Source: a virus
DNA length: 44,736 nt
Reading direction: 5' to 3' (one strand)
IMG/VR virus record: IMGVR_UViG_3300037466_001855
Coordinates: 1 to 44,736 of that record
Shown here in pieces: positions 18,980 to 26,154 of this stretch (its first letter is position 1; every line of letters starts with the position of its first letter). The translations under genes were made by a program, and so were the position numbers. The notes below the pieces were generated by a model that worked only from the letters and a program-made list of their open reading frames with translations, did not search any database and was not told where the DNA came from.

Positions 18980-19284
18980 GCTGTAGTTCCTGCACCGATT
19001 GCAAGCCAAAGCCACTTGGAATTATACCAGGCTTTGTCGGCGGCAATCTCATCCGCTTGGGATTTAGTCAGTCTTGCGTAATCGCCGAGCTGCGCATCTC
19101 TGGCCTTAATGGCCGCATCCTTATCCGCCAAGGCTTTATCGCAGGCCTTGATAATGCTACTGCACTTGATCGTCTGGGTGTTGCTTAAGGTATTCTCTGC
19201 GAAGCTGTTCGTAATCGTCAGTGGAAGCATGAGCAGCGCTATCAGCTTGGGTGACGGCTTGCTTGTCATCTTTAATTGTTTCAT
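18961..19284 (-). CDS. Membrane protein with N-terminal signal/TM and C-terminal TM
   Basis: The start was trimmed to the ATG at 19284, preceded by caggagaagg. The product is 107 aa with LIALLMLPLTITNSFA at the N-terminus and WLWLAIGAGTTAYLL at the C-terminus. The SD and first 43 codons lie inside 19157-19411 in another frame. Confidence 0.5.
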   Translation of the reverse strand: MKQLKMTSKPSPKLIALLMLPLTITNSFAENTLSNTQTIKCSSIIKACDKALADKDAAIKARDAQLGDYARLTKSQADEIAADKAWYNSKWLWLAIGAGTTAYLLRK

Positions 19285-19411
19285 TGGCCTTCTCCTGCTG
19301 TAACTCGAATTCCAGATCTTTCTCTTTCTTCCAAAAGTACAGGACACATCCGACTAGGAACAGAAACCAGAGGAACGTGTTGTTGAGGAAGTCTTTGATT
19401 TTTTGAATCAT
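19157..19411 (-). CDS. Single-pass membrane protein (holin or i-spanin-like)
   Basis: 84 aa. An N-terminal TM segment TFLWFLFLVGCVLYFW is followed by a charged coiled-coil-like tail. ATGA overlap with the exonuclease stop. Confidence 0.5.
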   Translation of the reverse strand: MIQKIKDFLNNTFLWFLFLVGCVLYFWKKEKDLEFELQQEKANETIKDDKQAVTQADSAAHASTDDYEQLRREYLKQHPDDQVQ

Positions 19412-20205
19412 GCACGCCTCTTAATCGAAAGCCTCTCGTCCTTTGAGAGCAAGTTTTCTCCCGACTTGCACCAAGAGCCGCAATCCGTACATTGAAACCG
19501 CTGTTGCTTTCCTGCCGCCGTATAATCGTATCCCCGTCGTTGTAGGTTCAATCCGCCACAGCTACGGCACCCCTCACCATCAAGCGTAATATTGACTGAC
19601 GTATCCCAGACGCGAAGCTTGTTATAAACAGCTTCAAGCGCAAGCACGTCTTGAATGTTGTATTTCTTCATTTCAGCCCAGGCAGCCTTATTTCCTGCAA
19701 GGCACTGACGCCAGAGTTCCATTCCGGGGAACTTGCTATGCTCAGACTTCTTCGTGACGCCTAATTTTTCAGTCAGATAGGCAAGGCCGTTTGACGTAAA
19801 GCCAAAGTTCTTCTTTGCGATCTGTTTGGTATCGATGTGTTTAGACGGAGAGGGGGGGTTCATCCCGTGGTAGATGAATCGTGCGTACACTTTCTTTTGA
19901 TCAAATGCCTTACCATTTTGAGTAATGACAATGTCAGCCTCATCGAGAAGGCTCCACAAGCGCTCCAAGAGCTTCTTATCATTTGTGATATCTTTTGCTT
20001 TACTCTGGTCGTGGTAGATAACACCCTTTTCACCCAGCCACTTTGCAGCGAAGGATAATAGGTGCCAATCCTTCTTGATCTGGTTAGGGGCCACATTTTG
20101 GTCGTAGATTCCCCACGTATACGTTTCAAGGGGACTCGTCTCAATGTCATAAATTAAAACCTTTGCTTTAGCCAAAACTGAACCCCTTTCGACGCAATTT
20201 CCCAA
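19408..20205 (-). CDS. DEDD-type 3'-5' exonuclease with C-terminal zinc ribbon
   Basis: LIYDIET is Exo I, QNGKAFD is Exo II and YNIQDVLAL is Exo III. The C-terminus has CRSCGG...CTDCGSWC. The track start is TTG 20205. An alternative TTG at 20175 has SD gaaagggg 7 nt upstream. Confidence 0.65.
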   Translation of the reverse strand: MGNCVERGSVLAKAKVLIYDIETSPLETYTWGIYDQNVAPNQIKKDWHLLSFAAKWLGEKGVIYHDQSKAKDITNDKKLLERLWSLLDEADIVITQNGKAFDQKKVYARFIYHGMNPPSPSKHIDTKQIAKKNFGFTSNGLAYLTEKLGVTKKSEHSKFPGMELWRQCLAGNKAAWAEMKKYNIQDVLALEAVYNKLRVWDTSVNITLDGEGCRSCGGLNLQRRGYDYTAAGKQQRFQCTDCGSWCKSGENLLSKDERLSIKRRA

Positions 20206-20590
20206 TTGCCTTCTTATACGCGTATGCCGCAGCGTCTACGCTTACCCACCCACATTTACGCACAATCTGTTTAAAATCGTTTTCTTCGTAAAACCTAAGA
20301 AGCATGAGCTCGATTTCGTGGTGATCTAAGCCGCACTCTTTAAGACGATTAATCCAGGCTTGCTTGGAAACTTCTTTTTTCTTCGTCCAAGCTTCAAGGC
20401 TCTGGCTGTATATTTCGATGACGTCGGTACTGTGGGCTTTGATGCTACTCTTAGAATTCTTCGGGAGCTTCGATTCCCAACAAGAACAATATGACCCATT
20501 GGCATTGATCAGGCTCCTATTACATTCTGGGCAGATGTCTGAGGACCTCTTCCCGTAGTTTTTCTTTTCCTTCGCCACAGTAAATCTCAT
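20168..20590 (-). CDS. Zn-ribbon plus sigma-70 region-4-like HTH protein (candidate transcription factor)
   Basis: Trimmed to the ATG at 20590, preceded by ggagaggg. The product is 140 aa with an N-terminal CPEC...CSC motif. The C-terminal HEIELMLLRFYEENDFKQIVRKCGWVSVDAAAYAYKKAIGKLRRKG follows the sigma region 4.2 pattern. Confidence 0.45.
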   Translation of the reverse strand: MRFTVAKEKKNYGKRSSDICPECNRSLINANGSYCSCWESKLPKNSKSSIKAHSTDVIEIYSQSLEAWTKKKEVSKQAWINRLKECGLDHHEIELMLLRFYEENDFKQIVRKCGWVSVDAAAYAYKKAIGKLRRKGFSFG

Positions 20591-21224
20591 TTGCATCCCT
20601 CTCCATGAGAACGATGGGAATGTGAGGGACTTTATTAAGTAGCAGACCTTTCGTATGGATAGCGGCCTCAGTTCCTGGGCCGTCACGATCCGTCTGTATT
20701 ATAACTGTACGGTAATAACGTACGAATGTCAATAGAGACTTACTGAACTTAGGGGTCTTGAAGTCAGACGCGGAGCCTGGGCTCATGACATCCCACTCTG
20801 GAAATGCCTCTGCCATGCTCAGTGAATTGGCCTCTCCTTCGACAAGTACCAACGTTCCGGACGTCCCTCGTCTGGCCCAGAAGACGGGCTTGGCGTGACC
20901 TGCAGGGCCACGGTACTTGTCCTTTGCGTCGGGGTTCCACACCCGGAGCTTATAGTAATCGCTATCAGGCCACACAAGATAATAGCCAAGATTGTCAAAT
21001 GGTAGATCGAATCCGCGTATCTTCTTTTTTGGCAGCGATCTAATGTACTCCATTTTCTCTTTAAGGTTCTCAACATAACGCTCCTTTGGCGCCATTTCCG
21101 CCACTTTCCCGCCAAGCTCGGAGAGCTCGATGCGTCCGCAACCGCCGTAGCAGTAAGCGTGCGTCTCGTAGACCACGAGACTTGGCGTAGACTCTTCGTG
21201 TTTAATGCAAAAGATTCGTTCCAT
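20520..21224 (-). CDS. DnaG-type DNA primase (CHC2 zinc finger plus TOPRIM)
   Basis: CIKHEESTPSLVVYETHAYCYGGCG is a CHC2-type zinc finger. LVEGEANSLS and IIQTDRDGPG are TOPRIM motifs (E and DxD). Confidence 0.75.
   Translation of the reverse strand: MERIFCIKHEESTPSLVVYETHAYCYGGCGRIELSELGGKVAEMAPKERYVENLKEKMEYIRSLPKKKIRGFDLPFDNLGYYLVWPDSDYYKLRVWNPDAKDKYRGPAGHAKPVFWARRGTSGTLVLVEGEANSLSMAEAFPEWDVMSPGSASDFKTPKFSKSLLTFVRYYRTVIIQTDRDGPGTEAAIHTKGLLLNKVPHIPIVLMERDANEIYCGEGKEKLREEVLRHLPRM
20701..20732 (-). promoter_or_regulatory. GTAC-N9-GTAC promoter/operator inside the primase gene
   Basis: The minus strand reads TTGACAttcGTACGTTATTACCGTACAGT. That is TTGACA, 17 nt, then TACAGT. It lies upstream of the sigma4-like gene. 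Confidence 0.5.
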
Positions 21225-21254
21225 ACACGCCTCGCCGTACTTGTTGCGAAACTG

Positions 21255-21617
21255 TCACCTAAGCCTCTTCAGCCCGCCCAATACGCCGCGCTGGTAAACT
21301 TCGGTTTTAGTAATTTCCCGAACGTGGTGTTCAACTCTGTCCGGCAGCTTCTTATCCAAAAGCTCGCGAGTCTTAGCCGCACCGTCGGCAATAACCAAGT
21401 TAGCAATAGCTACTGGGTCAAGCTTTGCAGCAATCTCTTGACCATGCTTTTCAATGAACTCGGCGGCGATGTGGTCTGAAACTTTTTCAATCGCTTGTTT
21501 TAAGACTTCCCGACCATAGGCTTCGGCAAGGTGAAATGAATCAACATTCACTGAGAATGTTTTTCCGCCACCCATGTAATTGTCGTATACAGAAACTTTA
21601 ATATCTGAATCATTCAT
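21255..21617 (-). CDS. Hypothetical protein
   Basis: 120 aa. No motif recognised. Confidence 0.6.
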   Translation of the reverse strand: MNDSDIKVSVYDNYMGGGKTFSVNVDSFHLAEAYGREVLKQAIEKVSDHIAAEFIEKHGQEIAAKLDPVAIANLVIADGAAKTRELLDKKLPDRVEHHVREITKTEVYQRGVLGGLKRLR

Positions 21618-21620
21618 AAA

Positions 21621-22106
21621 CTAACTCCAGTACCTAATGAAAAGGGGCTTCTTGCCGTTGTCACGAATGACAAGGAATTGGGCGCCCTTCAGTAGCACCT
21701 GAAGGCGAGTGATTCTCATGTGAGCAAGTGTCGCCTGAGAGCCATTCAGAGATAGACTCTCGAAATGCACGTCATGTGCTTTCTTCACTTCCTCAAAGTC
21801 TTCTCCAATCGCCACATAGAGTGGGGTAGGGGTCTGGGGTACTTGAAACCTATACACCCCGTTTGATTTGAGCTTATTGTAGAGCTCGTATATCGACTTA
21901 TACGCATCCTTGCGATACTTTGATTCGAATGTGTACTTTACAGCTCCATTCTCTAAGACTTCGACATCTGGGACCACATCGCCTGCGTAACCGCCAACGG
22001 CGCGAGTCCTGATGACGCGTCTTGCATCGTAGCCTAAAAGCTTGAGATGCATGACAAGCGACCTTTCGCCCCGTGCCCCTTTATCGCGTGACATTTTACC
22101 GCCCAT
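21621..22106 (-). CDS. Hjc-like PD-(D/E)XK Holliday junction resolvase
   Basis: DKGARGERSLVMHLKLLGYDARRV resembles the Hjc N-terminus (KG..ERELV). VPDVEV...FESKY supplies a PD...ExK signature. Confidence 0.45.
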   Translation of the reverse strand: MGGKMSRDKGARGERSLVMHLKLLGYDARRVIRTRAVGGYAGDVVPDVEVLENGAVKYTFESKYRKDAYKSIYELYNKLKSNGVYRFQVPQTPTPLYVAIGEDFEEVKKAHDVHFESLSLNGSQATLAHMRITRLQVLLKGAQFLVIRDNGKKPLFIRYWS

Positions 22107-22561
22107 TAAGTTGCTCCTAACAGATTCATTTCGCTGATCTTGAAATTGAGTGGCTCGCTGACGCTCCCAAGGCTCGCGTAGCCCCAGTCTTCCGCAGAGT
22201 AGAAGCCCTGTCCTTCAGAGGAGTGAATCTTGTCGTCACACTCCTTGTGTCTGAAGTAGCGGGACTGCGGGAGCCGCTTGTTACACTCAGTACACTTCCT
22301 GTGTGTAAGTGGGTCTAGGTTCCCTTCAGGGCCTAATAGAACTTCTTCTTTTGGAGGAGCTGCCTTCTTTTTTGCGTGGCGAACTGAGCGCCAGTATTCG
22401 CGGTAGTATGTGGCCTTGCAGGAATAGCACATCTTGCCAGCCCAAGGCCTACCCTTAGAGTCGACGTAAACCTTCTCCTTGGCTTTCGTGCCCTTTTTGT
22501 ACTCGCCGTTCCATTCCTTTACGACGAGCTTTTGGCAGGATCTGCAAAGAGATTTGTTCAT
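22106..22561 (-). CDS. Multi-CxxC zinc-binding protein
   Basis: 151 aa with CRSC, CYSC, CTEC and HKEC motifs. Confidence 0.55.
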   Translation of the reverse strand: MNKSLCRSCQKLVVKEWNGEYKKGTKAKEKVYVDSKGRPWAGKMCYSCKATYYREYWRSVRHAKKKAAPPKEEVLLGPEGNLDPLTHRKCTECNKRLPQSRYFRHKECDDKIHSSEGQGFYSAEDWGYASLGSVSEPLNFKISEMNLLGAT

Positions 22562-22851
22562 TACGCGCCCTCCTTGAACAAGATCCAGCGCACGCGATGA
22601 GGGCCGTCATAGATAATCTTCTCGCCCTCGGCGTCTTTGAACTGCCAACGGCCAGACTTGTTTCTCGTGACGTAACGTGCCTTCGTGGCAAGCCCTAAGC
22701 GCTCTAATCGGATGAGATCAGACTTGGTGATTCCGTGGGTATCGAGTAGATAAGCTGGATTGTGTCCAAATGTTTCAGTCTCTTTGCCACGCTCCGTATA
22801 GATCGTCTCGTCCTTCTCTGCGGCAGCTCTGACTTTTTCAATAGCGTTCAT
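22561..22851 (-). CDS. Hypothetical protein (trimmed)
   Basis: An ATG at 22851 overlaps the upstream stop (ATGA). The product is 96 aa. Confidence 0.55.
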   Translation of the reverse strand: MNAIEKVRAAAEKDETIYTERGKETETFGHNPAYLLDTHGITKSDLIRLERLGLATKARYVTRNKSGRWQFKDAEGEKIIYDGPHRVRWILFKEGA

Positions 22852-23060
22852 TTGGACTCCTTTTCCTTTCGCACAAGGCGTGTGAGTTGTTCGCGTTGAA
22901 AATATCGACGTCTTTTGTCGCAATCCATTAGGACGTAAACTTCACCGGGTTCAGCCATGAGCCCGTTGGGAACGACAGTTCCCTTTTCGCCTGTGTAATC
23001 AATTCGACTCCAAGACAATCCTTTTGCTCTAACTCGATCACCGACTTTTAAAGGTTTCAT
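22848..23060 (-). CDS. Small KVGDRVR-motif (SH3/KOW-like) protein
   Basis: An ATG at 23060 overlaps the upstream stop. The product is 70 aa and starts MKPLKVGDRVRAKG. Confidence 0.5.
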   Translation of the reverse strand: MKPLKVGDRVRAKGLSWSRIDYTGEKGTVVPNGLMAEPGEVYVLMDCDKRRRYFQREQLTRLVRKEKESK

Positions 23061-23389
23061 TTGTCGCCCTCCATATAATTCACAGTCTTCTTCGCATCGC
23101 ACCGTTCGCAGAAATCATAAGCCGCGTATGGAGCGGCTCCGTGGTAGCGTTTCCACATATGAAGGCAGCTTGGATTGCCGCCTTTCACCTTTTCGTTCCA
23201 CCCACCAACAAGCAGTCGTCCCTGTGCTCGTAGATCTCTCAGCTCCTCAGAGGATCTGAACACCGTGTGGTAGTAACCTGCGGGTGCGTTGCGCTCTTTC
23301 AGTAGGTAATGGTCGGTATTCTGGTAAACGGCTGTCACTTCAAACTCGACACCGTCGATAGTGAGGATCTCGCCTTGCTTAAAGGTCAT
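23057..23389 (-). CDS. Hypothetical protein
   Basis: 110 aa. ATGA coupling to the helicase gene. Confidence 0.55.
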   Translation of the reverse strand: MTFKQGEILTIDGVEFEVTAVYQNTDHYLLKERNAPAGYYHTVFRSSEELRDLRAQGRLLVGGWNEKVKGGNPSCLHMWKRYHGAAPYAAYDFCERCDAKKTVNYMEGDK

Positions 23390-24408
23390 AAGCCCACCTC
23401 GCCGGTCTGCTCATAACGTCCGTTATTGAAGGCGAGTGACACCTTCACACCTTGGCTTGCACCGAAACGCTGTTTATGGATGATGAAGTCGGTAAGCTTC
23501 GTCTCTTGGTTAGGTGCAATCTCAATGACGTTGAAAGCGTCGTTATAGATCGTCTTGTCATTCTGAACGCGAGACTGAAATTCGGCGCTGTCAGACTTCG
23601 GGCTTAATTGCACAAAGTCGACAACTGGAACCGGAGCTCTCTTTCCGTATTCCCGCATGAAGACGCCAAATTGCTTTAGGACTTTATAGGCTTCCATGTC
23701 CGGGTATTCGCGGCTTTGATTGACCGTCTGGTGATAGTCGATGATGACAAGCGATACGTTTTGAGAAGCGCTGCCTTCTAAGATCGATTTCACGTCTTCA
23801 AGGCACGCCGTATTCCACTGCGGGTCATTGACGACAATGATTCGGGAAAGTAGGCCTCTTGCGAACTCTCTGACTTCCTCTTGCTCGCGTCTAAACATGG
23901 AGCCCGTGTGAAAGCGCATGTAAGGCTTCTTAAGAAGTACACAGGCCGTACGGTGGATAATGGCATCCGTTGCCTCTTCGTTTGAGATGACGAGAGCCGT
24001 ACCCTCAGGCTTGTAAGTGATGAAGCCCGCAAGAAGGTTCGCGGCAGCAGTTGATTTACCCTTACCAGAGCATGCACCCACAAGAGTCAATCCCTGACTC
24101 ATGTAGAAGTCATCTTCCGGCGTGAAGTTTGGGAACATAAACGGGATCTTCGCCTGGTCGAACATCGCACGTTCTGCGCAGCTTCGGTCGTAAGCAAGCT
24201 CTCTTGATTCAGGTGAGGGGATAACGAATTTACGTCCTTGTTTCGCTGCCCACTCGGCCTCAGCGGCCTTGAGGGCGTCTTCTGGGGTAATCACACCGCT
24301 TTTGATTTGCTGAGCAATGCCACTGAGCGAAGACTTTCCGTGTATAGGCGTTATATCCGTCACTGTGGCTTGATCCTGTATTGTACGCTGCAACTGCTCG
24401 TCGGACAT
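23386..24408 (-). CDS. DnaB/RepA-like RecA-fold replicative helicase
   Basis: Walker A is GACSGKGKST and Walker B is VSLVIIDYHQ. It sits next to the primase module. The first roughly 50 codons overlap the SLT gene, so the true start may be internal (for example GTG near 24294). Confidence 0.65.
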   Translation of the reverse strand: MSDEQLQRTIQDQATVTDITPIHGKSSLSGIAQQIKSGVITPEDALKAAEAEWAAKQGRKFVIPSPESRELAYDRSCAERAMFDQAKIPFMFPNFTPEDDFYMSQGLTLVGACSGKGKSTAAANLLAGFITYKPEGTALVISNEEATDAIIHRTACVLLKKPYMRFHTGSMFRREQEEVREFARGLLSRIIVVNDPQWNTACLEDVKSILEGSASQNVSLVIIDYHQTVNQSREYPDMEAYKVLKQFGVFMREYGKRAPVPVVDFVQLSPKSDSAEFQSRVQNDKTIYNDAFNVIEIAPNQETKLTDFIIHKQRFGASQGVKVSLAFNNGRYEQTGEVGL

Positions 24409-24685
24409 TTCCGTGATACCTCCGAATTTGATAAGCCAAATACTTCCCGGCGTAGAGAATGTTAGTGGCCGGTTTCATCAATTCCTGTGTAGTGCCTTTG
24501 AAGCCCATGAAACGGGCTGTACGCATTTGCACCTGACAGATACCTAGGGAATCGGACCCTCCGTCATCTTTGTGGACAACGGAGGGCCGATGTGCCGACT
24601 CTACATAGCAGAGGGAAGCAAGCAGTCCCGGGGGAAGGGACAGAGAGCTTGATACTGCTAAGAATAGAGCGGCGAAGGTAGACAT
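24260..24685 (-). CDS. SLT-family lytic transglycosylase with SAR-like N-terminus
   Basis: An ATG at 24685 overlaps the upstream stop (TGATG). The N-terminus is MSTFAALFLAVSSSLSLPPGLLASL. The catalytic context is YVESAH, followed by GICQV and AAYNTGS motifs. Confidence 0.75.
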   Translation of the reverse strand: MSTFAALFLAVSSSLSLPPGLLASLCYVESAHRPSVVHKDDGGSDSLGICQVQMRTARFMGFKGTTQELMKPATNILYAGKYLAYQIRRYHGNVRRAVAAYNTGSSHSDGYNAYTRKVFAQWHCSANQKRCDYPRRRPQGR

Positions 24686-25326
24686 CAGATACCTGCCTTT
24701 TCGAGCGCAGCGAGAATCTTGTCGGCGTCGGACCACAGCATGCGATGGCCGTCCCATTCGATGCCGCTTCTAGAGCCCGTCATTGGAACTCCCGCCAACA
24801 CGCTCCTGTCAGTTATCAGGCCTGTTTCAGCACCTTTTACAGCCTTCTTAAAACTGGTTGCATTAAACTTCTGACAACCGATATGAAGCATGTCGCCTTC
24901 AAGCTTCACTTGCCACCCGGAACCGACAACAAAGGGTTCGAATTTTGGCTTTTGTTTAATGCGATATTCCGCCGTAGTGCCACTAAACGTTATTTCATGA
25001 CAAGGCGTCCAGTTCTTATAGCTGCCATTATTCTTAAACTCGATTTCATGCCCAAACTCGGTCCGTAAACGATAGGAGGCGAGCGCACCTTCGTTAGCAA
25101 CGCGCACCAGGCGTTCGAGTTCGGATTCATTGGAGGTGACGAGTTCAAAGTGTTTTTGGTCGTGTCCGTTACACGAGCCATTATCATCCGTCCACGTACC
25201 TAGACGTGCGAACTCTCCCGGCTTATCTACATATTGATCCGCAATATAAATCTTTCCTTTTGTGAACCCTCCGGAGGTAGGTCCTATGTATCGAACCCTA
25301 TCGCCAAGTTTAAACGTCTTATTCAT
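24685..25326 (-). CDS. Hypothetical protein with N-terminal KLGDRVR motif (trimmed)
   Basis: ATG at 25326 gives 213 aa. The N-terminal 68 codons of the track ORF overlap 25319-25573. Confidence 0.55.
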   Translation of the reverse strand: MNKTFKLGDRVRYIGPTSGGFTKGKIYIADQYVDKPGEFARLGTWTDDNGSCNGHDQKHFELVTSNESELERLVRVANEGALASYRLRTEFGHEIEFKNNGSYKNWTPCHEITFSGTTAEYRIKQKPKFEPFVVGSGWQVKLEGDMLHIGCQKFNATSFKKAVKGAETGLITDRSVLAGVPMTGSRSGIEWDGHRMLWSDADKILAALEKAGI

Positions 25327-25573
25327 CTTTGCCCCCTTCGAAGTTAAACTCACCCTGACCGTCGCTGTTGAATTTGAACTCTTGCGGCTTGTCCTTGCCG
25401 CGACGTGGAGTCGTTCCAAAGCTTCCGCGTGGGGTAGCGGTAGCGGCGATGATTCTGCGTGCAGCGTTTTCTTCTTCGCAGCGCGGACAGTCTTGCGTTT
25501 TAGGTGCATCATGCCCCTCGATTGCGTCAAATTCGTACATACAGCTATGGCAGAGATATGAATAACAAGGCAT
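25319..25573 (-). CDS. FmdB-family zinc-ribbon protein
   Basis: MPCYSYLCHSCMYEFDAI...CPRC matches the FmdB pattern (MPxYxYxCxxC...CPxC). Confidence 0.65.
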   Translation of the reverse strand: MPCYSYLCHSCMYEFDAIEGHDAPKTQDCPRCEEENAARRIIAATATPRGSFGTTPRRGKDKPQEFKFNSDGQGEFNFEGGKDE

Positions 25574-25584
25574 AAGTACTCCTT

Positions 25585-26106
25585 TCAGAATCTCAGTTCT
25601 AATCCGACAACATCGCGTCCAATATTTGGCATCTCAAGACCTGCGGAACTTAGGTGGCGATACATAATGCCGATGTAGTATCCGCTACGGTCTTGAATCC
25701 CGATATGTAGGTCATCCATAAACTGGAGGGGGCCGCCCAACAGTACGTCTGGATTGGAAATTAAAGCAGGACCTGTGAAAAGACCGGCAACAAGGCTGCC
25801 GTTATTCACTTCAAATCCGATTTGGCCCGCAACTACGGCGCTACTCGATCTTCCTCGTCCCGAATTATCAAACCAGCCGCCGATTACTGCTCGATCTTTC
25901 AAGGGTCCGAATACGCCTTCCTGAATGCCCAGAGTGAGCATCTTCGTCTCAGATAGGCTTTTCTTTCCGCTGTTGAAGATGCCGACTCCACCGTCCAGGA
26001 CTAAATCGTCAGCGTAGCTGTCTTCCATCAGGAGAGACACCGTGCAGGCAACGATTAAGCCTCCTGCGATGATTGCGACTAATTTTTCAGGTAACGACAT
26101 GCTCAT
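25585..26106 (-). CDS. PagL-like outer-membrane lipid A 3-O-deacylase
   Basis: 173 aa with an N-terminal signal/TM and a C-terminal ...GLELRF (terminal Phe, as in OMP beta-barrels). RHLSSAGLEMPNIGRD lines up with my recollection of the PagL active-site block HYSNAGLKQPNDGIE (His, Ser and an acidic residue). Confidence 0.6.
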   Translation of the reverse strand: MSMSLPEKLVAIIAGGLIVACTVSLLMEDSYADDLVLDGGVGIFNSGKKSLSETKMLTLGIQEGVFGPLKDRAVIGGWFDNSGRGRSSSAVVAGQIGFEVNNGSLVAGLFTGPALISNPDVLLGGPLQFMDDLHIGIQDRSGYYIGIMYRHLSSAGLEMPNIGRDVVGLELRF

Positions 26107-26111
26107 AAATA

Positions 26112-26141
26112 AAGCATGTACGATAATAACGTACGCGTCAA
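26112..26141 (-). promoter_or_regulatory. GTAC-N9-GTAC promoter/operator upstream of the PagL-like gene
   Basis: The minus strand reads TTGACGcGTACGTTATTATCGTACATG. The ATG at 26106 lies 8 nt after the TACATG element with no SD, so a leaderless mRNA is predicted. The spacer is 15 nt here. Confidence 0.45.
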
Positions 26142-26154
26142 GAATTAATGTACG

